A DNA stretch of 31,902 bases from an uncultured bacterium (GCA_964610135.1 CAZSUX010000002.1:1-31902); one strand, 5' to 3'. Counted from the first letter of the stretch, positions 1-8,660 are shown. Numbers and translations: made by a program. Notes: generated by a model from the sequence alone, not told the origin.

Positions 1-2
1 CC

Positions 3-362
3 GGCGGCGGGCGCATCATCCTCGTCGCTTCGACCGCGGGCCAGCGGGGCGAGGCATTCCACTCGCACTATGCCGCCAGCAAGGGCGCGGTCATCAGCCT
101 GACCAAGTCGCTCGCGCCGGAACTGGCCGCCGACCACATCCTGGTCAACTGCATCGCACCGGGCTGGTTTGACACCGACATGTCACGGTCCAGCTTGAGC
201 AAGCCCCGTGTCCGTCAGCAGGTTGTCGCGACGATTCCGCTGGGCCGGGTCGGCCGGCCTGAGGAGTTCGCCGGCGCCGTCCTCTTCCTTGCTTCCGAAC
301 TCTCGACCTTTGTCACCGGCGAAATCCTGAACGTCAACGGTGGAGCCGTCCTCGCCGGGTAG
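3..362 (+). CDS. SDR-family oxidoreductase (FabG-like), 5'-truncated by window edge
   Basis: Frame open from base 3: GGGRIILVASTAGQRG...HYAASKGAV (YxxxK)...VNCIAPGWFDTDM...IPLGRVGRPEE...VTGEILNVNGG, a classical SDR C-terminal half. Confidence 0.9.
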   Translation, partial: GGGRIILVASTAGQRGEAFHSHYAASKGAVISLTKSLAPELAADHILVNCIAPGWFDTDMSRSSLSKPRVRQQVVATIPLGRVGRPEEFAGAVLFLASELSTFVTGEILNVNGGAVLAG

Positions 363-429
363 TCCTACGTTAGACAAGCGGTCGAGGCGTCCCGTCCCGC
401 CGCCACACACGGTGGGGCAGAGGGTCGCG

Positions 430-1107
430 ATGGCTTTCACCGTCGCGGCACTGGCCGCGCTTGCGGCTCTGCTCGTGCTCGCCGGCAGCAGGGCCTGGCA
501 CCTGTTCCGCTATCCTGCGGAGTTACGTTTGCTGGTGCGGAGCTGGGGTGCGTGGGCGCCGGTCGGTATCATCCTGCTGCAGGTCATCCAGATTGTTGTG
601 GCGCCGCTTCCGGGAAACGCGATGTCGTTCGCCTGCGGGTACGGGCTGGGGCTTTGGCCGACCATCATCTGGTTGATGATCGGCGTTCTGCTCGGCGCGA
701 CGGTCGACTTCCTGCTCATCAAGCTGCTCGGACGCAGGCTGCTTCGTTACTTCCTGCCGCCGGAACGGCTGGCAAAGCTGGACGCGCTCATCCTGCGCCG
801 GGGCACGTTCTATATCTTCCTGTTACTGCTGGTTCCGAATCCGGTCGGGGACTGGGTGTACTACCTGGCAGGCCTGACGTCGCTGCCGCTGCCGGTCTTT
901 CTCGGCCTGGTTCTCATCGGGCGCCTGCCCTCAAACCTGCTCGAGTGCGCGGTGGGGGCAAGCGCGACTCACTTCGGCTGGCGGGAGTGGGCAATCGTCG
1001 GGCTGGTTGCGGCGATTCTCGGGCTGCTCTACTACCAGCACCGGCACCGGATCGAGGCCGCGCTGGACCGCATCAGCAGTCGGCGCACGCGGCCCGTTCG
1101 TTTCTAG
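430..1107 (+). CDS. VTT/TVP38-TMEM64 (DedA superfamily, SNARE_assoc) membrane protein
   Basis: Multiple hydrophobic segments; WAPVGIILLQVIQIVVAPLPG, FACGYGLG, G-x-T-x-x-F and LLLLVPNPVGDWVYYLAG resemble TVP38 motifs. Start at ATG 430 (GTG 412 possible); the ORF-track start at 340 overlaps the upstream gene. Confidence 0.8.
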   Translation: MAFTVAALAALAALLVLAGSRAWHLFRYPAELRLLVRSWGAWAPVGIILLQVIQIVVAPLPGNAMSFACGYGLGLWPTIIWLMIGVLLGATVDFLLIKLLGRRLLRYFLPPERLAKLDALILRRGTFYIFLLLLVPNPVGDWVYYLAGLTSLPLPVFLGLVLIGRLPSNLLECAVGASATHFGWREWAIVGLVAAILGLLYYQHRHRIEAALDRISSRRTRPVRF

Positions 1108-1267
1108 GCAAGCCGCGGCCTTCCGGAAGACGGCGGATACCGACGCTGAACTGGGGCTGTCGTTGTCGCGGTGGGGCCGGCCCCGAACTATCTAAATAAC
1201 TGAAAGATAATGCTTTAGGTGACATATGTGTCATCCAATCCGACATCTCGGGAATCACGCCGGGAAC

Positions 1268-1531
1268 CGTTCCCGGGACGGTTCCCGGGGTGGTTTGGGA
1301 GGCCTTGTCCACGGTCTCTCAGGCCGCTACTTCGACCGCGGTTCGGGGGTCGTTGTGGAGGCCGATTCGCGTGGCGATAGGCGAGTCCATCTCGGCCGTG
1401 AATCCGATGTCGATTCGCCGGACCAAGGGCAGGCCGAATTCGGGTGCGAGTCACGTTGTGGTTGCGGCGGTGATTCGTTCCGCGGTTCGCGAGTTGGGTT
1501 GCCGGGCGATTTGCGCGGCGTTTCCGGCCGT
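1268..1531. repeat. Degenerate 12-bp-period tract (22 units), including an 11-bp perfect inverted repeat at 1260-1288
   Basis: In phase 1268+12n, all 22 units end in C or T and many begin G(A/G)TT (e.g. GATTCGCGTGGC, GATTCGCCGGAC, GATTCGTTCCGC, GGTTCGCGAGTT). CCGGGAACCGT-N7-ACGGTTCCCGG is at 1260-1288. Confidence 0.6.
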
Positions 1532-1617
1532 TCCTCGAAGAGAGGGGGCGCGTGCGGCCGTCGGAGAGCCGTTCCCGGTCTCAGCCGAGGCGACGGCGCG
1601 GGGCAGGAGGGCTTGCG

Positions 1618-2559
1618 CTATTTCAGCCCGGTCGCGACCGGCGCGTCGGCCGCGACCGACCACTCGCTGAAGCTGCCGTCGTAGACCGCGACGTGCTCGT
1701 ATCCGAGTATGTGCTTCAAGGTCACATACGTGGTTATTGAGCGGTACCCTCGGTTGCAGTAGATGATGATATTCTTGTCCGGGGTGACGCCGAGTTGCTC
1801 GTACTCCTGCTTCAGCTCGACCGGGTCGCGCCAAGTGTAGTCCCCGCTCAGGTCTTTCAGCCATGGCCGGTTGATGGCGCCGGGGATGTGCCCGCGCCGC
1901 TTCGTGTAGCCGGCGTCTCCGCTGAACATTGCGGGCGACCGCACGTCGAGAATGACCGTCTTCTTGTCTCCGAGCGCGGCCTTGACGTCGGCCAGCCTCA
2001 CCCTGACACCTTCGTTCAGCCTTGCCGGCAGCCGATAGACCGCCGCCTCGATTTTCGGGAAGTCCTGGGTAAGAGGCCGTCCCTCACTCCGCCACCGGTC
2101 AAGCTCGCCGGCAACCAGCGCCTGTCGCTTGTGGCCCACGTAGTCGAGTAGCCAGGTCAGGTACGGCGACAGCGAGTCAATCACCTCGGAATAGACTACT
2201 ACGGTCGTAGTGTCGGTGATGCCCATCCGACCGAGCAGTTGTGCGAACATCTCCGGCGGTATCGGCTTCGCCGGCACGCCGTTCTCAGGCAGGGTCAGCG
2301 CGTCGGGGAAGAGGTGGACCGCGCCCGGTACGTGGGCCTCCCAGTAGTACTCGATTCCGTAGCGCAGGTCCACGATTCTGACGTCCGGCCGGCTCAGATT
2401 GGCCGCAAGCCACTCGGTGGTCTTCATCAGGTCGGACGGTGCGGCGGCAGCGGCTCCGGCTGCCACGAATGTCAGCAGGACGAAGGTCAGCAGCCAGGCA
2501 TGGTTGCTCCGGTGCGCCGGTGTCGGCAATGCTCTGTTCTTTGATTCGTTCAGCTTCAT
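1618..2559 (-). CDS. Two-domain rhodanese/sulfurtransferase (SseA/YnjE-like) with N-terminal hydrophobic signal segment
   Basis: VRIVDLR...YWEAHVPGAVH, VILDVRS...GHIPGAINRPW, active-site loop IIIYCNRGYRS, C-terminal VAVYDGSFSEWS. N-terminus WLLTFVLLTFVAAGAAAAA. Start ATG 2559 is supported by the adjacent promoter. Confidence 0.9.
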   Translation of the reverse strand: MKLNESKNRALPTPAHRSNHAWLLTFVLLTFVAAGAAAAAPSDLMKTTEWLAANLSRPDVRIVDLRYGIEYYWEAHVPGAVHLFPDALTLPENGVPAKPIPPEMFAQLLGRMGITDTTTVVVYSEVIDSLSPYLTWLLDYVGHKRQALVAGELDRWRSEGRPLTQDFPKIEAAVYRLPARLNEGVRVRLADVKAALGDKKTVILDVRSPAMFSGDAGYTKRRGHIPGAINRPWLKDLSGDYTWRDPVELKQEYEQLGVTPDKNIIIYCNRGYRSITTYVTLKHILGYEHVAVYDGSFSEWSVAADAPVATGLK

Positions 2560-2565
2560 ACAGAG

Positions 2566-2594
2566 ATGATAGACGTCGGGCGGTCGGCAGTCAA
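2566..2594 (-). promoter_or_regulatory. sigma70 promoter of the rhodanese gene (leaderless geometry)
   Basis: Minus strand TTGACT(2594-2589)-N17-TATCAT(2571-2566)-N6-ATG(2559); no Shine-Dalgarno. Confidence 0.7.
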
Positions 2595-2634
2595 GCCGGC
2601 AACAAGTATGGCGGCGAGCATTGTGAAGCGCCGC

Positions 2635-2664
2635 TTGACAAAGAGCAGAGTTCGCGCTATCACT
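2635..2664 (+). promoter_or_regulatory. Candidate sigma70 promoter for the 2784 gene, divergent from the rhodanese promoter
   Basis: TTGACA(2635-2640)-N17-TATCAC(T); the -10 is imperfect. Confidence 0.45.
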
Positions 2665-2783
2665 AGTCGTCGGCGAGAGCAGGTCCAAGGCGTATTACCG
2701 ACCGCTGACAACTGCCGGTCATGTCGGAGCCCCGGCGTTTCCAGGCCAGCAAGGTACGAAATAAAGGAGATTACCCCATCAGG

Positions 2784-4028
2784 ATGTTGACTGTCCGCTA
2801 CGCGTTAATGACGGACTCGGGAGCTTCGGCCGCCCGCGGGCGGTCGTTTTCAAGGACCGGGGCCGTAGTGGCGCATTGGGTTCCTTTCGCCGCGGCTGTC
2901 CTGTTGTTTGCGGGAGCAGGGCAGCTGTTCGGCGCACCGGTTTCATCTGAGGCCGTTCCTCCCCGACCGGGTCAAGAGAACTTCAGCTATCTCTGGAACG
3001 TCACTCTGCACAACCCGATGCCCGGTACGAGTTCGGTGTCTTTCCGGGTTGAGGCACGCGAGGCCAAGCTCGGAATTGTGTTTTCGGCAAGCACTCAGCC
3101 GATTGCACTTGCCCCGGGCGAACGCCGACTGACGGCGGCGGATATCAGGTTGACCGACGTGTCGAGCAAGAAGGGTTACGAGGCCTTCGCCGAGCCGGAC
3201 AAGGTGCTGCCGGAAGGCGACTATACCTACCTCATCACACTGGTCCCGGGAATGAGGCAGAACGCGTTCTTTCTCAGAGTGCGCGTGCCCAAACCGGTAG
3301 AGCTGGCCTGGCCGCCCAACGGCGCCGTGGTCGGCGACACCCGACCCGTGTTCGTGTGGAAGCCGCCGGTAGCGTCCGGGCCCGTCGTCGCGTACAACTA
3401 CGCACTGCGCGTAGTGGAAGTAGGGCCGGGCCAGACGGGGGCAACGGCTATCGGCCGCAACCAGCCGGTCTTCGAAGACGGTCGAGTCTCGGCAACGGCG
3501 TACCGGCTCCCCGCGCCGAGCGCGCTCGTGCCGGGCAAGACCCACGCCTGGCGGGTTGTTGTACTGGACACGGCCGGGTTGCCGGTTGACACCGCGCATA
3601 CCCAAAGCAAGGCAGGTTCGTTTGTGTACAAGCCCGGCGAAAACCAGCCCGCAACTCAAACCAGTTTCACATTCCCGAAAGCCGGGCGGTCGGTCACCGG
3701 GAACGCGTCGCTGGTGGTCACGTCTGATGTCCCGGATGCGGAATTGTGCGTGCTGGAGTATTCACTGGGCAGCGATTCTGCCAGCCAGGACTGGCACGTG
3801 ATCGGTTCCTTTCCCCAGGTGCGGGGTTCGTTCGTCGGGATGTGGCGTTCCGACTCCGCAGTCCTTCGCGCGGGGGAGACACTCCCCAGCCCATGCTTCG
3901 TGAGAGCCACTGTCCTGGGCCGCAAGGGACAGCGCGGCCAGGCGGAGCCCTTGCCGCTGGTCATCAACAAGCCGCTCCCGCGGGACCGGCGTGGTTGCGG
4001 CGGCTGCAACTGGCGTCCGGAAGAGTAG
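2784..4028 (+). CDS. Hypothetical secreted protein with Ig/FN3-like beta-rich domains
   Basis: Long ORF; hydrophobic N-terminal segment (HWVPFAAAVLLFAGAGQLFGA); VELAWPPNGAVVGDTRPVFVWKP...YALRV motif typical of Ig-like modules; ends RRGCGGCNWRPEE. Start uncertain (2784 or 2808; AAGGAG at 2764). Confidence 0.65.
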   Translation: MLTVRYALMTDSGASAARGRSFSRTGAVVAHWVPFAAAVLLFAGAGQLFGAPVSSEAVPPRPGQENFSYLWNVTLHNPMPGTSSVSFRVEAREAKLGIVFSASTQPIALAPGERRLTAADIRLTDVSSKKGYEAFAEPDKVLPEGDYTYLITLVPGMRQNAFFLRVRVPKPVELAWPPNGAVVGDTRPVFVWKPPVASGPVVAYNYALRVVEVGPGQTGATAIGRNQPVFEDGRVSATAYRLPAPSALVPGKTHAWRVVVLDTAGLPVDTAHTQSKAGSFVYKPGENQPATQTSFTFPKAGRSVTGNASLVVTSDVPDAELCVLEYSLGSDSASQDWHVIGSFPQVRGSFVGMWRSDSAVLRAGETLPSPCFVRATVLGRKGQRGQAEPLPLVINKPLPRDRRGCGGCNWRPEE

Positions 4029-4202
4029 ACGCATTCAAGCCGACCGGATAGTGCCGGCCCGCGGCGCGGAGCAGTCCTTCCGGCAGCGTCGACGTCCGCC
4101 GGCACAAGCAGCCAGGTTGAGACCGGGCAGGTCTGAATCTACGCATCGAACACGGCCCGTGCCGGCGGGAGGAGAACGGGCCTGCAGGGTCGCCTCTCGG
4201 TT

Positions 4203-4230
4203 TTGACAGTAGTGCGTTCGTCCCTATAAT
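4203..4230 (+). promoter_or_regulatory. Consensus sigma70 promoter of valS
   Basis: TTGACA(4203-4208)-N16-TATAAT(4225-4230)-N8-ATG(4239); no Shine-Dalgarno. Confidence 0.8.
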
Positions 4231-4238
4231 ACCCAGTC

Positions 4239-6857
4239 ATGCCAGAAGCGAACGGAAGCGATTTTCCCCCAAGGTACGACCCGAAGCCGGTCGAGGCGAA
4301 GTGGTACTCGTTCTGGGAGAAGTCCGGGTTCTTCACCGCCGACGCGAAGTCGCCGAAGCCGAAGTATTCGATAGTCATCCCGCCGCCGAACGTTACAGGT
4401 TCCCTGCACATGGGCCACGCGCTGGACAACGGGCTGCCGGATATTCTCATCCGGCACAAGAAGATGCAGGGGTTTGAGACACTCTGGCTGCCCGGCATGG
4501 ATCACGCCGGCATCGGAACGCAGGTCAAGGTCGAAAAGATGCTGGCCGAAGAGGGCAAGACCCGGTTCGACCTCGGGCGCGAAGGGTTCCTGAAGCGCGC
4601 CTGGGAGTGGAAAGAGAAGTACGGCGGGGAGATTACTGTCCAGCTACGGCGGCTCGGCTGCTGCCTTGACTGGACGAGGCTGCGGTTCACGATGGACGAG
4701 GGACTCTCGCGCGCCGTGCGTGAGGCATTTGTCCGGTACTACGAGAAGGGGCTCATCTATCGTGGGCTCAGAATCGTGAACTGGTGCCCGCGCTGCGGTA
4801 CGGCAGTCTCCGATCTTGAGGTGAAGTTCAGGGAAGAGAACGCGCACCTCTGGTATGTTCGCTATCCGGTGACGCCGGGCACGGGATACATCATCGTGGC
4901 GACGACACGGCCGGAGACGATGCTCGGAGACACCGCGGTGGCGGTGAACCCGAAGGACGAACGGTTCAAAGACCTGGTGGGCAAGATGCTGGAACTACCC
5001 CTGACCGGCAGGAAGATCCCGGTGGTCGCCGATGCGGCCGTGGAGATGGAGTTCGGGACCGGCGCGGTGAAGGTGACGCCTGCACACGACCCGGTTGATT
5101 TCGACATCGGCGAGCGGCACAAGCTCGATCGCGTCCAGGTTATCGGCGACGATGCACGGATGACCGATGCGGCGCCGGCGAAGTACCGGCGCATGACGCG
5201 CGAGGAATGCCGGAAGGCGGTCGTCGAGGATCTTGAGACGCAGGGTTTGATGGAGAAGATTGAAGACTACAGGCACTCGGTCGGGACCTGCGACCGCTGC
5301 GAGACCGTGATTGAGCCGCTGGCAAGCATGCAGTGGTGGGTGAAGATGAAGCCGCTGGCCGAGCCGGCAATCCGCGTGGTCGAAGAGGGCAAAGTGAAGC
5401 TCCACCCCGAGCGGTGGACCAAGGTCTACCTTGAGTGGATGAAGAACATCCGCGACTGGTGCATTTCGCGTCAGCTCTGGTGGGGGCATCGGATTCCGGT
5501 CTGGTACTGCGACTGCGGGGAGATTGTGGTCGCGCGCGAGGACCCGACCGAATGCCCGAAGTGCCATTCGCAGAGACTGCGCCAGGACGAGGACGTGCTG
5601 GATACCTGGTTCTCGTCGGCCCTGTGGCCCTTCTCGACCATGGGCTGGCCGGAGAAGACGTCGGATTTCGCCAAGTTCTACCCGACCGACTTCCTGACGA
5701 CTGACCCGGATATCATCTTCCGCTGGGAAGCGCGGATGATATTCTCGGCGCTGGAGTTCACGGGCACGGTGCCGTTCGACGACGTGTACATCCACTCGAC
5801 CGTGCTGGACAAGAACGGGGCGAGGATGAGCCGGTCCAAGGGTATCGGCGTCGACCCGCTGGAGATATTCGACCTGTACGGCACCGACGCGGCGCGGTTC
5901 ACCATCTGCTACCTTGAGAGCCAGTCCCAGAGCTACCGGCTATGGAACGAGCGGTTCGAACTCGGTCGGAACTTCTGCAACAAGATATGGAATGCATGCC
6001 GATTGGTGGCGGATGAGGTCCGGAAGTCGCAATCCCAGGGACAGCCCCAGGCTCCGGACAACTGGATCCGGCAACGCTTCAACGCGGTGCTCGAGCGGGT
6101 GAACGACGGGCTTGAGCGCTACACTTTCTCCCAGGTGGCGTCGGCGCTGTACGATTTCTTCTGGCACGACCTGTGTGATTGGTATCTTGAGTTCTCCAAG
6201 TCCCGACTGAAGGGCGGCGACTCGGCAGTCAGGCAGACTCTGTATGACGTCTTCCGCGGCAGCCTGCAGCTGCTGCATCCGATCATACCGTTCATCACCG
6301 AGGAATTGTGGCACAGGCTGGGCTTCGGGGGGGGGCAGGAGTCAATCCTGCAGTCGAAGTGGCCTGAGGCGCTTGCGTTGGACGAACGTGAGACTGCGCG
6401 GGTCGAGATGATGCGGGAGTTGATCACGGCGGTGCGGAACATACGGGCGGAGATGGAGGTGCCGGCCAAGACCGCGGTCCGATGCATAGTCAACTCGGCC
6501 GATGCAGGCCTGACCGCGTTCCTCGCCCGCAACGAAAACCTGATTGGTGAGCTGGCCAGGGTGTCCGGGTTGGAGTTCGGGTCGGACCGGCCGGCGAAGT
6601 CGTCGATCGCCGTGCTGTCCGGCTGTGAGGCATACGTTCCTCTCGCGGGTGTGGTCGACGTCGAGAAGGAACTCGGCCGGATGAAGAAGGAAGTCGCGAA
6701 CCTCGAGAAGCTGGTCGCCGGCATCGACACGAAGTTCGCGAACCCCGATTTTGTTTCTCGCGCCAAGCCCGAGGTGGTCGAGGCAGAACGCGGCCGGCGA
6801 GTTGGATTCACAAGCAAGCTCGAACGGCTGAAGAACCAGCTCGAGTCGTGGACATGA
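4239..6857 (+). CDS. valS: Valine--tRNA ligase
   Basis: PPPNVTGSLHMGH (HIGH), DHAGIGTQ, editing-domain TTRPETMLGDTAVAV and GTGAVKVTPAHD, DWCISRQLWWGHRIP, DVLDTWFSS, C-terminal coiled coil. KMSKS appears as RMSRS. Confidence 0.97.
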   Translation: MPEANGSDFPPRYDPKPVEAKWYSFWEKSGFFTADAKSPKPKYSIVIPPPNVTGSLHMGHALDNGLPDILIRHKKMQGFETLWLPGMDHAGIGTQVKVEKMLAEEGKTRFDLGREGFLKRAWEWKEKYGGEITVQLRRLGCCLDWTRLRFTMDEGLSRAVREAFVRYYEKGLIYRGLRIVNWCPRCGTAVSDLEVKFREENAHLWYVRYPVTPGTGYIIVATTRPETMLGDTAVAVNPKDERFKDLVGKMLELPLTGRKIPVVADAAVEMEFGTGAVKVTPAHDPVDFDIGERHKLDRVQVIGDDARMTDAAPAKYRRMTREECRKAVVEDLETQGLMEKIEDYRHSVGTCDRCETVIEPLASMQWWVKMKPLAEPAIRVVEEGKVKLHPERWTKVYLEWMKNIRDWCISRQLWWGHRIPVWYCDCGEIVVAREDPTECPKCHSQRLRQDEDVLDTWFSSALWPFSTMGWPEKTSDFAKFYPTDFLTTDPDIIFRWEARMIFSALEFTGTVPFDDVYIHSTVLDKNGARMSRSKGIGVDPLEIFDLYGTDAARFTICYLESQSQSYRLWNERFELGRNFCNKIWNACRLVADEVRKSQSQGQPQAPDNWIRQRFNAVLERVNDGLERYTFSQVASALYDFFWHDLCDWYLEFSKSRLKGGDSAVRQTLYDVFRGSLQLLHPIIPFITEELWHRLGFGGGQESILQSKWPEALALDERETARVEMMRELITAVRNIRAEMEVPAKTAVRCIVNSADAGLTAFLARNENLIGELARVSGLEFGSDRPAKSSIAVLSGCEAYVPLAGVVDVEKELGRMKKEVANLEKLVAGIDTKFANPDFVSRAKPEVVEAERGRRVGFTSKLERLKNQLESWT

Positions 6858-6876
6858 CGATGGGAAGTGGTAGAAT
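6849..6876 (+). promoter_or_regulatory. Promoter of the 6883 gene (extended -10, leaderless geometry)
   Basis: TGGACA(6849-6854)-N16-TAGAAT(6871-6876), preceded by TGn, followed by N6-ATG(6883). Confidence 0.6.
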
Positions 6877-6882
6877 CCCAGT

Positions 6883-7446
6883 ATGAAGTCCTTCATCTCG
6901 AGCCTCGGTTGGATCATGTTCCTGGCGCTGGCAGTCTGCTTCCTGGTCTTCTACAATTTCGTATACGCACCGCGCGCTGACCGGATCGTCAGACAGCAGA
7001 ATGAGATCAGTATGTGGATTGGCCAGTTGCAGCAGGTGAACGACAGCATCAAGCGGGTGGAGGCGGAGCGCGACACCGTGTTCAGCGTGTCGTACTCGTT
7101 CGACGTGCTGTTCGGCGGAGCGGCAGACCTGAAGCTCGTTCCCTCGGCCGATTCATTGCTGCGGACGTGCGTTACTTCCCTGCAGTCGCACGCCGGGTCG
7201 GTCGAGGTCATCGGCCACGCCGGCGGCGGACAGGCGCCGCAGGCGATCAGGGACAGGTATCCGGGTAGCTGGGACTATGCCGCGGCTGCGGCCGGGGCGG
7301 TCGCGAGCCGCCTTGCGGCGTGGGGCGTGTCCTCTGACCGGATCCGGGTCTTGAGTCTCTTAGGTTCGCGCGCGACCGGTGCGGCTGCCAGGCCGGGTGT
7401 CGGTTCCGCAACTCCCCGAGTCGAAATCGTCGTAAGGACTCAGTGA
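6883..7446 (+). CDS. Membrane-anchored protein with a degenerate OmpA/MotB-like C-terminal domain
   Basis: N-terminal TM helix, short coiled coil, then VEVIGHAGG...WDYAAAAAGAVASRLAAWGVSSDRIRV...PRVEIVV, aligning by eye with GHTD...WELS..RA..V...GV...RI...RRVEI. Confidence 0.65.
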   Translation: MKSFISSLGWIMFLALAVCFLVFYNFVYAPRADRIVRQQNEISMWIGQLQQVNDSIKRVEAERDTVFSVSYSFDVLFGGAADLKLVPSADSLLRTCVTSLQSHAGSVEVIGHAGGGQAPQAIRDRYPGSWDYAAAAAGAVASRLAAWGVSSDRIRVLSLLGSRATGAAARPGVGSATPRVEIVVRTQ

Positions 7447-7922
7447 CCAGTCGTGCGCTCGTGGGCCTGGCGCTGCTGGCCGGGTTCGTCTCGGCGCAGA
7501 CGCCCGACATTCTGAAGCCGCAGTTGGACCCGGCCGACACCACGGCTAGGGCCGATTCGGTTCGTGTCTATCGCCCGGCCAAGTCCACGGGTACGGCAGT
7601 CCTGCTTTCCTTCCTGCTGCCCGGCGGCGGCCAGGTCTACACCGGCAACTGGTGGAAGGCGGCGCTGATTGCGCCGGCCGAGGTCACGTTGGGGTACTTT
7701 TCGGTCAAAGAACACCTGGCTGCCACCAGGGCCTGGGACGACGGGGACACGACCGGATACGTGCAGCACCGCGACCGGCGGACAGCGCTGCTTTGGTGGA
7801 CCGGTGCGGTGTTGGCTTTCTCGATGGCTGACGCCTACGTCTCGGCCCAGATGTACGGGTTCGACCGGGAGATGCGGCTTACCCTTGGCCCGGTGCGGGC
7901 CGGGATCGCGATGGAGTTCTAG
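7443..7922 (+). CDS. DUF5683-like membrane/envelope protein
   Basis: Signal-like N-terminus; KSTGTAVLLSFLLPGGGQVYTGNWWK motif; GTG start overlaps the upstream stop (GTGA). Confidence 0.65.
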   Translation: MTSRALVGLALLAGFVSAQTPDILKPQLDPADTTARADSVRVYRPAKSTGTAVLLSFLLPGGGQVYTGNWWKAALIAPAEVTLGYFSVKEHLAATRAWDDGDTTGYVQHRDRRTALLWWTGAVLAFSMADAYVSAQMYGFDREMRLTLGPVRAGIAMEF

Positions 7923-7924
7923 CC

Positions 7925-8602
7925 GTGAGCACGTTGATTGCCGCCGCCGGCAGATTCCAGATGGACGTCCTTGCCCGGGCGACGCGTCAGGCAGCGGACG
8001 CCGACTGTGAGTCCGGCGGCTGGGGCGTGGCTCACTGCTACGGCAACCGGCTGGAGACCATCAGGTCCGCGCAGCCGTGCGCGCAGGACCCGGACTTCGG
8101 CAAGCTGGATGAAATCCGCACCGACATGGCACTGGTCTGCATCGGCGGGATGGCCCCGGCCTCGCCGCGCGAACTTAGACCATACATCCGGCGCGAGACC
8201 GGTCATATCTGGGCTTTCGCACACTCCGGCCTCGTCAAGCACGAGGACCGGCTTGACACCGGCGGCCGGATCACCGATTCCAAAAACCCGAGCGAGCGGT
8301 ATTTCCTCTATCTCTTGAGCAAGCTCGAGGAGCAGTCCCCGGCCGAATCCCTGACCCGCGCCATGGCCGCGCTCGGGGATGAGGATTCGCTGTCATTCTG
8401 CATGATGTGTGCCGACATGATGCTGGTTGGTTGCTGGTACGGGGATGAGTCGGAATCAACGGGGCGGTTGTGCTCGGGAGAAAGCGGGTTGGTGAGGTAC
8501 TTCAGCACCAAACCACTCGCTTCCCTGCCCGAGGTCCACTGGCAGGCGATGCCGAACCGGATCGTGCTGGCCATAACGCGCACACGGCGCGAGTTGCCCT
8601 AG
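7925..8602 (+). CDS. Class II glutamine amidotransferase-like (YafJ/EgtC fold) protein lacking Cys1
   Basis: GGWGVAHCY, PCAQDPDF, RPY...WAFAHSG, DS...SERYFLYLL match the YafJ/EgtC layout; the N-terminus is MSTL rather than MC. Confidence 0.6.
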   Translation: MSTLIAAAGRFQMDVLARATRQAADADCESGGWGVAHCYGNRLETIRSAQPCAQDPDFGKLDEIRTDMALVCIGGMAPASPRELRPYIRRETGHIWAFAHSGLVKHEDRLDTGGRITDSKNPSERYFLYLLSKLEEQSPAESLTRAMAALGDEDSLSFCMMCADMMLVGCWYGDESESTGRLCSGESGLVRYFSTKPLASLPEVHWQAMPNRIVLAITRTRRELP

Positions 8603-8660
8603 CCCCGGACTCCGGCCGGCTAGCCCCCGCAGCTTTCCACAACTTTCCTGACTACACCAC

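Noticed and set aside
340-429. ORF-track N-terminal extensions (340, 2688, 9866, 11020, 18180, 25004)
   Set aside because: They overlap neighbouring genes or promoters; downstream starts fit promoter, SD or coupling geometry better.
2665-2783. Riboswitch or small RNA (SRP-like CAGGTCC) in the leader of the 2784 gene
   Set aside because: Only a short partial match; no complete conserved motif recognised. An Rfam cmscan would settle it.
4029-4238. T-box riboswitch upstream of valS
   Set aside because: No T-box consensus or antiterminator found, and the consensus promoter sits 8 nt from the ATG, leaving no leader.
6327-6335. G9 homopolymer in valS as a phase-variation site
   Set aside because: In frame (Gly-Gly-Gly) in an essential gene; slippage would be deleterious rather than regulatory.
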